A stretch of DNA of 64,000 bases, from positions 35,278,001 to 35,342,000 of the forward strand of contig NC_043002.1 in assembly GCF_006345805.1 (NCBI RefSeq), given 5' to 3'. Below are positions 27,795-39,879 of the stretch, piece by piece. Under the pieces are notes generated by a model, which did not search any database, was not told where the DNA came from, and worked only from the letters and a program-made list of their open reading frames with translations. Each line of letters begins with the position of its first letter. Position 1 is the first letter of the stretch. The position numbers and the translations under genes were made by a program. The DNA comes from Octopus sinensis. Taxonomy: Eukaryota.

Positions 27795-29350
27795 TATTAT
27801 TATTATTATTATTATTGAAGACGTCACACAATATCCAATATTGTGATGTTGTTAATTGAAGATACTGTGTGTACCAGGGATTTGTCCCATCTGTCAAGTC
27901 ACAAGGACTTCAGACAGACAATACTTTACACAGTATGCATGCAGTTCCAAATAAAGCTGATTTTTGCAACACACCAAGATTGTAGTACATTTCTAAAGTG
28001 TCCAGATGTTTCTTCAGGTTGGATGGTATTGAACCCAATACTCCAACGGCAACAGGAACAACCTTTATGCTTGATTCTCACAGCTGTCACATTTTGGCAA
28101 TCTCCATATTTGTTGATCTTTTCTCTTTCATGATAATATGATCTCCTGGCACTGCCACATTGATTATTAGGCACACTTGCTTGTCCTTCCTAAAGGCTAC
28201 TATATATGGCCTCCAGTACTCCAGCATCTTGTCAGTCAGGAAGTCAAAGTCCAGAGGATCTTTCCCTTCCCATTTTTATCCATCACTTTTCCTGGTGTAT
28301 ATTGACACCAAGCACCATTACCTCATATCCATACTTTTGGCACAGTAGTCAGTGAAGGTTTAGAGCTTGTCTACACATGTATACTTTCTGTGCAAAACTT
28401 TCATAACTACTAATGATGTGAGTCACACTTTCAACCCTCTTCTCACACATTCTGCAGAGGTTCATTCCACTTGTGTGGTATATATCCTTTTTCGCTGAGT
28501 TGGTATTCAATGCCCGGTTCTGGGCAGTGATGATAAGGCTTTCTGAACCCATTTTAAGGCCACCTTTGCAGATGCTTCTTGGTCTTCTAAGTAGTTAATT
28601 TCATGGTGGTACTGACCATGTAATTCCATGCAGAATAGTGTCTCTTCTCTCTCTTTGGCTATTCATGATAGGAATTCATTAGCTCTCTCAATTCCATTGT
28701 TGGTAAATCTTTCTGCATTAGCAGCATACTTCAGCAGGTCTTGCTCACTGTTTACCAAATATTATAATGTTTCTTCTTTCACTGTCGATGCACTCATCAT
28801 CATCATCATTAACATTTAACATCCCTCTCCTGTATGCTAATCAAGCCATGTCTTCATGTACAGCCCATGTATGTTCACCTTAGGGTGGAGGGCATATGCA
28901 TTGTCAATGTTTCTCAGGTAGTGTGATCAAGTTAGTCAATCTTTGCTCATGTCCACTTCAGAATGAATGCACCATAGTGAACTGCAAACAACAGTTCACT
29001 ATGGTGTACCAACTGCTGATGACAGTCACAAGGTTCCTTGTATTGATTTTTTATTTCAAGCGAAGTCTGAGGTGCTTCAAATATGCAGCAATGTCCTTGT
29101 ATTTCATTTCTCTGTGCAAGATATTGCCCAGCTCCAGGCTTCAAAGGTATTTGTACCCACCATTATCTGGGTCTCCCATTCACTCTCCATTTGGCAGTTC
29201 TATGCCCCTGCAATCTGCTCTTTTCTCCTAATTCAAAGTGAACACCACACACTTTGAGATCCCAAATTCCATTCCTGTATCTTTGTTGCACATCTGTACA
29301 GTCTCAACCAGCCTCTCCATTTCAGGCCCTACATTTATCAAAGTTTAGCT
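27795..29350 (-). mobile_element. R4/Dong-like non-LTR element, 3' portion, (TAA)n tail
   Basis: ESLIITAQNRALNTN..CRMCEKRVESVTHIIS..AQKVY (CCHC region, ORF 28349-28552); CLIIDVAVPGD..EKINKY..VGVLG..LQKSALFGT (RLE); YLGILE and KINTRNLV RT-thumb motifs. Frameshifted; (TAT)n at 27792-27817. Confidence 0.85.
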
Positions 29351-30099
29351 TCATATTCCTATTTGAGCAAATATGTTCCTGTGCATATATGTACATACGT
29401 GTGTGTGTGTGTGTGTGTGTGTGCATATGCACATGTGCACACATGTGTTATTACTGCTAATACCTGTCAACATCTAGGAAATTTTAGCTCCTCTTGCTAT
29501 TTCACATTTACCATTCTCAACCACAAGGAGACAGACAGGCTTGCACTGAAGAGATGTGGTTTTCACAAGCTGGAGAGAAGGCAACCTATGTATGAGTACT
29601 CTATATAAAATCTACACAGATGAGACACAGATTCTGCAAAATGCATTGAAGATGATCAGTCTAGAAGAGCAGTAACACCAAATAAAATCAGAAGTGTGGA
29701 GGAGATGATTCACTTTTGACAAACTCCTGTTGTGTAGATGGCATGATAAGAGACACTCATCCCGCAATGTAAAAGTGGTTTGTGATAGAATGAGTATTCT
29801 GATGTAAAAACACACAAATATACCAGTCATAAATATAATAAATTAGGATTAACAACCAGCATGTTAAAAATTACAGACAGTAATTTATTTATGAATGAGG
29901 GGATAAATAGCAAATCAATTAATGGTGGAAACATCTGGTTGGATGACACACCACCACACACATCAACTGACATTAAATAATTGCATAAGCTTTCTTCCTT
30001 TCAGAAGTAGAAAACAGATATCAATCTATCCATTCACAAGAAACTAACCTCTTCTTGTCACAAAACACTAAGCTACCTTCCTATTACCATTACTAGAGG

Positions 30100-31265
30100 G
30101 GTTCTAGATATAATGGAAGTGAGTGAATATGTACTAGGTACAAGAGTTAACACAAGGAGATTTCAGCTAGACTTATGGGCAAAGAACACAGAAACAAATT
30201 CTTGTTGTAAGTAACAATGATAGAGAGGGTAGAATTGTACATTTGTGGCAGAGATATGGAGAGATAAAATAATTCAAGTAGTAAAAGTGTGTGATAGAAT
30301 AATTAAGTTTAGACTAGTCATGTCAACAGGACAGCAACATTTACCTGTGCATAAGCACTAACAAGACTGGTAGCTGAATGGAAGGACTATTTTTATGAGT
30401 CCCACTTCCAGCAAATTACATTGATAATGAATTATAGAAATCTCATTATTACAGTTGGTGACTATAATACCAGGAAAGTATCACTACAGGGAAAGTGGTT
30501 ATTCTCAATGGGCTTAGGATTAGTAGGTAGGAATTTCATACTGAGTACCCAATGTAAACTATGGGTACACAAGAGGTGCACTGGGGTCACAAATAAGCAG
30601 GTAAGTAAAACAGGCTTCAGTTATAGCAAATGCACAAAAGTACACATGAAATAAATTTCTTCAATGCACAGAAGGCTCCTGAGAAGGAGTTGATAGTTTT
30701 TGTTATCTAGGTGACTTAATTAGCAGTGGAGGCAGGTGCTCTGAAACAATAGTTGCCAAAATAAGAACAGGATGGAAAAAGAACTATTAGCTCTGCTGGA
30801 AATAAAAGGTTCTAGAGTTAAGTGTAGATTGCATGACTCTTGACAATAAGATGTTAACCTTGAATGTAGAGGATGTGAAAAAGCTGGAATGACAAGAAGC
30901 AAGCATGCATTCTAAGTGTAATGTTAGTATGTATGAATGACAAAATACAAAAGAGCTGAGAAAACTGGATACAAGAAAATCAAATTAAGTGAGTGAGAGT
31001 GAAAGCATAAATGAGCTGAGAAAACAACTGGATTTGAAGAATCTGATCTAGAGTTTATGAAAGATGTCAACTGAGTAAAGTGCTGAACACTCAAAGAGGA
31101 AGAAGAGTACCAAGAAACATAGAGGAAGAAGTGATGAAGGTTGATCTTAAAGTGCTGAAACTTATGAAAGAGCTAACAAAAGACTGCAACAAGTGAGGAA
31201 ACACCATGCTGAAGAAGACTCATCCAACCATAGCAAGCATTGAAAAATGGATATTAAAATGATGA
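30100..31265 (+). mobile_element. Decayed RTE LINE
   Basis: ORF 30421-30654 contains STQCKLWVHKRCTGV (finger region); endonuclease-like remnant upstream; tail ending (GAT)n at ~31258-31275. Confidence 0.7.
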
Positions 31266-31959
31266 TGATGATGATGCAGATGGTGCTTGGGATTTTTAAT
31301 ATCTAGATCATGCTCTTTCTTGCCATTTATGTTCGTATTAAGTCTCCTTGTCATCAAACATCTTTGTCACGATCTACCACTATGTTTCACTCATCATTAC
31401 ATCTATCACTCTATTGCACTCCCAACACTATGCTTTCAATCTATCTTCTTCTATTACTGCCTGTTTGTCTACTTCTCCCTCCCTCCCTCCTCTCTCTCTC
31501 TCTCTCTCTCACATTACTCCCAATTTTATCACTTATTTGAGAAATCCACCATTCACAGTCTCTTCAATTATTTCTATCACCTTATTGTCTCTCCTATCAC
31601 TTATCATTGTCTCCCCCTGCATTATGCCACTTTAGCAAATTCCAGGTTTGTCATGCAAATGTGAAATGTATCCAGAAAGCTAAAATATTTATGCTTAAAT
31701 ATCTTTTTCATTCTCCGTTAAGGTGAAACTTAGTCCCAGACAACTCAAATGGATTAATAAATCTGATTCTGCTAGAGTATAGAGTCTCACTTTCAATAAA
31801 TATATATTTTTTTCTGTGAATTAAGAATACCATATTTATATAAACACACACACACACAGATTATAAAAGCAATGTTACAATATTAATAATCTTTTGTTTA
31901 ACTTATGCTGGTATAGAAAACTAACAATATATATACATATATTACATATATGAGGTTGA

Positions 31960-32338
31960 TAATGATTGTTTCTGTGTCCACTTTTCAATGTTTGCATAAG
32001 TCAGATGGAATTTGGTGAGGCAGATTATCTATGGCTAGACACTCTTCCTGCTGGCAACACTCACCAGTTTGTAAGCAAGGAAATATTTCTTTATGGCCAG
32101 ATATGTTTTCATGGAACATTGGAAACAAATGACACCATTTGCTATTTGTTTATAACTGTCACATGATATCATGATAAGGAAACCCAAGCACACACACACA
32201 CACACACATACGATGGGCTTCTTTCAGTTTCCATCTAGCAAATCTATTCACAAGGCTTTAAGTAGAAGACACTTGCCCAAGGTGCCATGCATATGGTTGG
32301 GAACCAAACCTTTTAACCACACAGCCATGGTTGCATAC
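31960..32338 (-). mobile_element. tRNA-headed SINE, same type as 7293-7745
   Basis: Head/CORE reverse complement (CTTCTTTCAGTTTCCATCT...GAAGACACTTGCCCAAGGTGCC...CACAGCCATG) and a tail aligning with 7560-7745. Confidence 0.75.
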
Positions 32339-33654
32339 ACATGTATGCACACACACACACACACACAAATACATCCCATCCTGGGGTTACCTGCACTGTA
32401 TTAGGACTGAGTATCAACATTCTTTATCCAAATATTGAGTCTAACAAAATAAAATACAAAAGAGTTACTAATAGTTTCATACTTTTAAGATACATTAAAT
32501 TGCCTAATTTATATAACATGCCATGAATCTTCAAGCAAACTTTCAGGCTCAGTTTTTACGTTAGATGTATTTAAAAACCAGGATAGTGTACTATGAAAAA
32601 ACATGAGAAAACCAAGTAGAAAACAAAAGCACAAAGAAGGTTGATGCAAAAAGTGAAATGAGAAGAAAGAAAAGGAATTTGATCTTTGGTAGTTATTAGT
32701 TGTTCTAGGCACTGGTTGCTGTGTCACTGTTTACAGAGGGTACAAGTGGAAAAAGTTTTCTCAACAGAGATAAACTGCCACGTAGGACAGGGACACAGTC
32801 CTGTGGATAATGTTTTAAGAGTCTACCCTAACAGCTAGTGTATATTTTCATATCCTCTTCTCTTCCAGTTCATGACCGGTGCTCCAACTTGCACAGGATT
32901 TGAGGGGTCTCACCACAGCCATGGACTTCCAATACAAAGGACCAAAGTATTAATTAACATCATCAAATGAGTAGGGCTTCTTCTTCATCATCTTCTCCTC
33001 AACTGAAAAATACTATAACTAAGTACAAAAGAAACAAAATAAATCTGCTGAAAATTCTCCTTCTCCGAAGCAAACATCCAGAATGTCCAGTTCAGCTTGG
33101 ATATTACTTAGTACCCTTCACTAACATAAAGACCATAATCTATTTCTTGTATGCATAAATTTCCACATTGTACTCCTATCCTCACCAAATCTCTTCAATT
33201 TCTCTCTCTTTCACTCTCTCTGTAAATCTATCCTAACCTTTGGTGTATTCTATCCCATGAAAAGCAACCTCTCTAATTTAATACAGGCATGGACAACCTT
33301 TTGTGAGAAGTGGGCTGTATGGGACATGGCTCATCAGGCACTACTTTAAAAAATTCCAGGTAATTTTTCAAATATCACCTCAATGCTGATGGAAACAGTT
33401 TCTTCCATCACTATGCTGAAGTTGATTGCAAGTGTCAAAAAATTCATAAAAAAGCTGATAAAATGTAATCAAAAATGTAGTGCTTTGTTTAAAAAATTAT
33501 GAAATATAAGTTTTTAGAACTGTATATAACACTGTACACAATCACAGGCTTTTAACAGATATATCTTATAATAATGAACAATCATAATTATTTGTACGTA
33601 ATATGTACTTTTTTCCATATCTTTAAATGTTATTTATTTACAATAATAACATGA

Positions 33655-33830
33655 TATCCAGACAAGGAAACATGAACATATACACACATGCAACTTCTTT
33701 CAGTTTCCAGCAACAAAATATACTCAGAACGCTTTAGTACAAGACTCTTATCTAAGGTGCCCACACTTGGACTAAACCCAAAGCCATGTGGTTGGGAAGC
33801 AAACTTCTTAGTCACACAGCCATGCTGCAC
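33655..33830 (-). mobile_element. SINE head fragment
   Basis: CTTCTTTCAGTTTCC...GGACTAAACCC...CATGTGGTTGGGAAGCAAACTTCTT..CACACAGCCATGC. Confidence 0.65.
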
Positions 33831-34500
33831 TGGAATAATTATGTTACCTACAGAGGGTGCACATAGTTATTGAATATATTTCATGACTGCCCGTGAAATC
33901 AAATCAATTAAGATTGTTTACTGTCTTACTACCATGCTGAAGCAATTCAAAAATAAAATGTAAGACTGAAAATAGAAATAGTAAAATGTACTTGCTTTCT
34001 ATCTATATACCACTATGTACCTCAGTCTATTCATCATATATGGTACTATAAGAATGTATATTTCTTAAAATTTTGTTTCAATAATCTATTGGAATAAGTA
34101 ATAACACAAATGCATTACATTCAATCAAACAATCAATATATCATTTAATAGATATCTGCAATGCATATATTTTAACATACTAAAATTGTTTAATATATGT
34201 ATTCAGTTTATATAAAAATACTACCTGTTATTTTATTAAATTATCTTAATATTACATTCAATATGGCATAAATTTCTTTTTAAAATTAAAATAAGATTAT
34301 CAGATCTTTAAGGTCTAATATTCAAAAACTATTTTTTGATAAATGCCTAACAAAAGTTAGAAGAGTTTAAAAAATATTCTACCTTAAACATATGTTTTCT
34401 TGTGAAAACACATAATCAAAAAGACTAATTAAATGTTTTAAAACAGGTTATTACGGAGTACTGATTTTCATTTATTGACACCTTTACTGCTATAAACATT

Positions 34501-34895
34501 TACTCTTTAACTCTTTTACTTATTTCAGTCATGTAACTGTGGCCATACTGGAGCACTGCCTTTAGTTGAGCAAATCGACCCCAGGACTTATTCTTTGTAA
34601 GCCTAGTACTTATTCTATCGGTCTCTTTTGCCAAAACCGCTAAGTTACGGGGACGTAAACACACCAGCATCGGTTGTCAAGCAATGTTGGGGGGACAAAC
34701 ATAAACACCCATACATATATATATACATATATGACAGGCTTCTTTCAGTTTCTATCTACCAAATCCACTCACAAGGCTTTGGTCGGCCTGAGGCTATAGT
34801 AGATGATACTTGCCCAAGGTGTCACGCAGTGGGACTGAACCCGGAATCATGTGGTTTGTAAGCAAGCTACTTACCACACAGCCACTCCTATGCCT
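34501..34895 (-). mobile_element. OR-type tRNA/CORE SINE, near full length
   Basis: Minus-strand head GGCATAGGAGTGGCTGTGTGGTAAGTAGC..CCGGGTTCAGTCCC; CORE-like CCTTGGGCAAGT; tail CTCCAGTATGGCCACAG...GAAATAAGTAAAAGAG. Confidence 0.9.
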
Positions 34896-35939
34896 AGTTA
34901 AGTTAGTACTACAGGAAGCAAGGATTTTCTTATTAAAGGTAACTTCTCTTATTAAATGTAATGTAAACAAAAATACAGTTATTTGAAAGTCTCCAGAAGA
35001 GAACTCTATGAGCGGAGATATATGTCTGTCCTATAACAAAAATGTACAGAATAAACACTGATGCATAATACAGAATGAACAATGTTCAAGACCAATTGGC
35101 TAAAAAAAATTTTAAATAAAAAAAATAAAAACAGGATGATGAATAATCACCTGTTTTGAAGCATTTAGTTATTTGTTTCAGAAATTAAGGAAAGGTAAGT
35201 TGTTAAATATTTTTACCTTTCTCATTGCTGTTGATTTTATTTTCACTTACACTACTTTTCTCTAAGCTTACCATAAAGAAAAGATAATATGTATAATGCC
35301 CAAAGTATTTTTCTGACATTTCATAACCCCAAAATAGTGATCTGATTATACATGAACATCTATTGCATACAAATAAATATGGTACATAAAAGAAGTTTTA
35401 ACTTAGGAACTATTCTACACTCTCTTAAGTTATGTGCTGATATTACACATGAAATGAGGAACCAAATGTAACAGATAATGATGAAAAATATAATTCCCAT
35501 ACACTCTAAAATATTTATTAAAACTGATGAATCTAATACTATTACTGGTAAAGTTGTTCTAGTAGTCTGCTTGTAAACAAGAGTTGGTGAATCTCCCCAC
35601 CCAGTGAAGTGAACTCATACTCTGGGACTTCCCAGCTGCACAGGTTCATTTTACTCATATGGATACAGTCTCTGAATACAGTCATACGATATGCCTAGTT
35701 CCTCAAACCCATTTGCATGACTGATATTAATACATTAATTAACATAATTGGCAATAGAATTTTATTGATTTGATTCACTGCTTGTCAGCAGTATGAAATC
35801 CTTATAGTGGGCAATAACAAAATGTGAGAAGGTTAGATTCTCTAAGTAGGTTAGTATGATATATATGCATGTGTGTATATATATATATATATATATTTAT
35901 ATACATACGTATATATACGCATGTGTGTGTGTTTATATA

Positions 35940-36335
35940 TATTCTTTTATTCTTTTACTTGTTTCAGTCATTTTATTGCAGCCATGCTGGAGCACCTCCT
36001 TTAGTCAAACAAATCAACCCCAGGACTTAATCTTTGTAAGCCTAGTACTTAGTCTATTGGTTTCCTTTGCTGAACCGCTAGGTTACAGGGATGTAAACAC
36101 ACCAACATTGGTTGCCAAGTGATGGTGGCGGTATGAATACAGACACACAAATAGATACATATATATATACACAACAGGCTTCTTTCAGTTTCCGTTTACC
36201 AAATCCACTCACAAGGCTTTGGTTGGCCTGAGGCTATAGTAGAAGACACTTGTTCAAGGTGCCACACAGTGGGACTGAACCCAGAACCATGTGATTTGGA
36301 AGCAAGCTTCTTACTACACAGCCACTCCTGTGCCT
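35940..36335 (-). mobile_element. OR-type SINE
   Basis: Colinear with 34501-34895 over its whole length. Confidence 0.85.
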
Positions 36336-36641
36336 ATATGTATATTTTTCATATGTATGTGTATGTATGTATGTATATATATATAGATATAGATATATAC
36401 ATAAGGGTCATGCAAATGGCACATAAAAGCACCCATTCCACTCACAGAGTGGTTGGCATTAGGAAGGGCATCCAACCATAGAAACCATGTCAAGTCTTCC
36501 AGCTTGCCAGTCTTAGTCAAACTGTCCAACCCATGCCAGCAGGGACAATGGACGTTAAATGAAGCTAGATGTGTCAAAACAATTGTTATGATTAATAATT
36601 CTTGTATATTCCATCTTTCATTTACCATATATATATATATA

Positions 36642-37182
36642 TCTCTTATGATAAAAGGCAGATTTTCTCTGCCTGTTCCCATGTTCCTTTTTAATACAAT
36701 TCTACAATATAGAATTTCTTCAATTGGAATTTACCTACGATTTTTACAAGTAGATTCGATTGGGTCATGGCATATAAAGTTTTTTCAATTTGACCACCAA
36801 TTAAGCAAAAATTCGAGAAAAGTAAATATTTTACGATTTGCCTCTCTAATTTCAACTGCTTCACTCCTGCTATTACCATACTTTCTCCTACTTTCTCTTT
36901 GCAAGTGTACCTTAAACCACTACTCAAAAAAAATACAGAGCAAACAGAAACAAATAAATACATAACGATTTACTCCTCACACAATTTCTTCATTTGGAGT
37001 TTACCTATGATTTTTCCAAGTACATTCCATTCGGTCATGGCATATAATTTTCTTTCAATTTCACCCCCAATTAAGCAAAAATTCGGGAAAACTCAATATT
37101 TTACGATTTCCCTCTCTCACTTCAAAGGCTTTACTCTGCCTATTACCACACTTTCTCCCACTTTCTCTTTACACACATAGAC
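36642..37182 (+). mobile_element. Helitron-like 5' fragment with internal ~280-bp-period duplication
   Basis: Starts A|TCTCTTATGATAAAAGG. Two diverged units (~36700-36910 and ~36978-37182) share GGTCATGGCATATAA, CCAATTAAGCAAAAATTCG and ATATTTTACGATTT. Confidence 0.5.
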
Positions 37183-37381
37183 ACACATATACATATATGA
37201 CAGTGTCAATTGTTGAAAGAAAATTGTAAGCTAAGGTGTGTGTGTGTGTGTGTGTGCATGCGTGTGTGTGTGTGAGTGTGTGTGTGTGTGTCTGTGTGTG
37301 TGTGTAGGAAGTGAAGGATAAAAATATGTTAAGAAGTGGACAGATGTACATATATACATACATGTGTGTGTGTGTGTGTTA

Positions 37382-37747
37382 TCTCTCTATATATAAAGCT
37401 GAAGTTGTTTGTGTGTGCCAGGTTTGGTAGCCTTCAACTAACACTATCTCCTCCAAGACCCTGCGGCGCAAGTTGACCAAAATTGAGAGTATGATAGAAG
37501 ATAAAATTCAAATCAGACCATGTTAACACCAAATAATTATTTACATCAAAAAGGTGCTTTTTTCTATGAAAATCCCTATTTTTTACGATTTTTTCACCGC
37601 TGTGTCGCCACTTTTCGGTGTATTTCAACCAGAAAAATGTTCACTTGAAGAGAATAACAAGCTACATAATGCAAAATTTTTACTTTTCAAAAATTCCAAT
37701 TCCAGCGGGTTGAAGCAAACCCGAGCAAAGCCGGGCGATACTGCTAG
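37382..37747 (+). mobile_element. Complete non-autonomous Helitron (366 bp)
   Basis: A|TC 5' end (TCTCTCTATATATAAAG), subterminal hairpin CCCGAGCAAAGCCGGG (37720-37735), CTAG|T 3' end (37744-37748), no TSD. Confidence 0.85.
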
Positions 37748-37758
37748 TGTATATATAT

Positions 37759-39348
37759 ATCATCATCATCATCATCGTTTAACATCCGCTTTCCATGCTA
37801 GCATGGGTTGGACGGTTCAACTGGGGTCTGGCGCGCCCGAAGGCTGCACCAGGCCAGTCAGATCTGGCAGTGTTTCTACAGCTGGATGCCCTTCCTAACG
37901 CCAATAACTCCGAGAGTGTAGTGGGTGATTTTATGTGCCACCGACACAGGTGCCAGACGAGGCTGGCAGACGGCCACGCTCGGATGGTGTTTTTTATGTG
38001 CCACCGACACAGGTGCCAGACGAGGCTGGCTGACGGCCACGCTCGGATGGTGTTTTCTTATGTGTCACCGACACAGGTGCCAGGCGAGGCTGGTGGACGG
38101 CCACGCTCGGATGGTGTTTGTTACGTGCCCTCAGCACGGAGGCCAGTCGTTGCGGTACTGGCTACGGTCATGTTCGGATGGTTTTCTTATGTGCCACCGG
38201 CACTGGTACCACAAGGATACAAATTCCATTGATGTTCATCTATTTTGATTTGGTTCGATTTGATTTGATTTGATTCGATTTGATTCTCACTTGCCTCAAC
38301 AGGTCTTCACAAGTGTCACAAGAAGGAAGGTATGCACAGGTGGACTGACTACGTCCCAGGTAGGGGCCACGGGTTATGGCTTCACTAGTCTTGCCGGGTC
38401 TTCTCACGCACAGCATACTTCCATAGGTCTCGGTCTCTAGTCATTTCCATGGTGAGACCTAACGTCCGAAGGTCGTGCTTCACCACCTCGTCCCAGTTTT
38501 CCTGGGTCTACCTCTTCCACGGGTTCCCTCAACTGCTAGGGATTGGCACTTTCTCACACACCTATCTTCATCCATTCTCGCCACATGACCATACCAGCGC
38601 AATCGTCTCTCTTGCACACCACAACTGATGCTTCTTAGGTGCAACATTTCTCTCAAGGTACTAACGCTCTGTCGAGTAAGTACACTGACATTACACATCC
38701 ATCGGAGCATACTGGTTTCGTTCCTCACGAGCTTACGCATGTCCTCAGCAGTCACGGCCCATGTTTCACTGCCATGTAGCATAGCTGTTTGTACACATGC
38801 ATCATACAGTCTGCCTTTTACTCTGAGCGAGAGGCCTTTAGTCACCAGCAGAGGTAAGAGCTCCCTAAACTTTGCCCAGGCTATTCTTATTCTAGCAGTT
38901 ACACTTTCAGCGCACCCACCCCCACTACTGACTTGGTCACCTAGATAGCGGAAGCTATCAACTACTTCTAGTTTTTCCCCCCGGAAAGTGACGGAAGTTG
39001 TTTTCTGCAGATTTTCGGAGGTCAATGCTCCAGAGCATCTGCCACATACAAAAACTATCTTCCCAGTTAGCCTACCTTTGACATTGCTGCACCTCTTATG
39101 TGTCCATAGCTTACACTGGGTACATCTTATAGAGTTTCTACCTACACCTTTTCTACAGATCGAGCAGGGCCATCTTCCTGAGGATATTTGTGGATTGTCT
39201 ACCTTTCTACTTATTAGTACTTTGGTTTTAGCTAGGTTGACTCTAAGGCCCCTCGATTCTAAACGCTCCTTCCACACCTGGAACTTCTCCTCCAGTTCTG
39301 ATAGTGACTCAGCAATTAGAGCGAGGTCATCAGCATAGAGGAGCTCCC
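37759..39348 (-). mobile_element. Young 5'-truncated RTE LINE (RT motif C to 3' end)
   Basis: Begins at ELLYADDL. ORF 38480-39277 has NLAKTK, FRYLG, LYDACVQTAMLHGSETW, RLRWYGHV, RGRGRPRK. A single 1-bp frameshift at ~38495; the alternate frame ends at TAG 38387-38385. 3' UTR has (AATCA)n, ~63-bp repeats and a (GAT)n tail. (AT)n on both flanks. Confidence 0.95.
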
Positions 39349-39390
39349 ATATATATATATATATATATATGTATGTATATGTGTATATAT

Positions 39391-39729
39391 AAAGGGTAAA
39401 GACCCCCTTCGGTCATGAATGACCATGGGATTGCACCTAGAAAGTTACCCTCCTAGACACAAGTCCGGGCAAGGTTGCTTATGGAAGACCAGCAGTCGCC
39501 CATGCATACCAGCCTCCCCTCTCCACACCACCAGTGTTATCCAAGGGAAAGACAAAGGCCGATACAGCTTGGCACCAGTGACGTCGCAACTCATTTCTAC
39601 AGCTGAGTGAACTGGAGCAACGTGAAATAAAGTGCTTTGCTCAAGAACACAACACGCAGCCCGGTCCGGGATTCGAGTTCACAACCTCACGATCGTAAGC
39701 TCGACGCTCTAACCTCTGAGCCATGCGCC
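39391..39729 (-). mobile_element. Young tRNA-headed CORE-like SINE with TSD
   Basis: A-box TGGCTCAGAGG, B-box-like AACTCGAATCC, CORE-like TTCTTGAGCAAAGCACTTTATTTCACGTTGCTCCAG. TSD ATGTGTATATAT at 39379-39390 and 39730-39741. Confidence 0.9.
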
Positions 39730-39798
39730 ATGTGTATATATATATGCATGTATATATTTGTATATGCATATATATGTATATGCACATATATGTATATG

Positions 39799-39875
<77 letters not shown>

Positions 39876-39879
<4 letters not shown>

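Noticed and set aside
29690-29780. EEMIH..DKLLLCRWHDKR resembling a piggyBac transposase KW.DKR motif
   Set aside because: Needs a frameshift, is under 30 codons, and has no TIRs or further motifs; too weak to call.
35261-35340. Minus-strand segment reading MSEKYFGHYTYYLFFM before ATG|GTAAGC
   Set aside because: EKYFG is superficially GALM-like, but the donor is phase 0 in that frame (phase 2 is needed), the phase-2 frame would create TGA, and the acceptor is weak.
37931-38210. Regular GC-rich repeats as a CRISPR-like array
   Set aside because: Units are contiguous without unique spacers and lie in a eukaryotic LINE 3' UTR; no cas genes.
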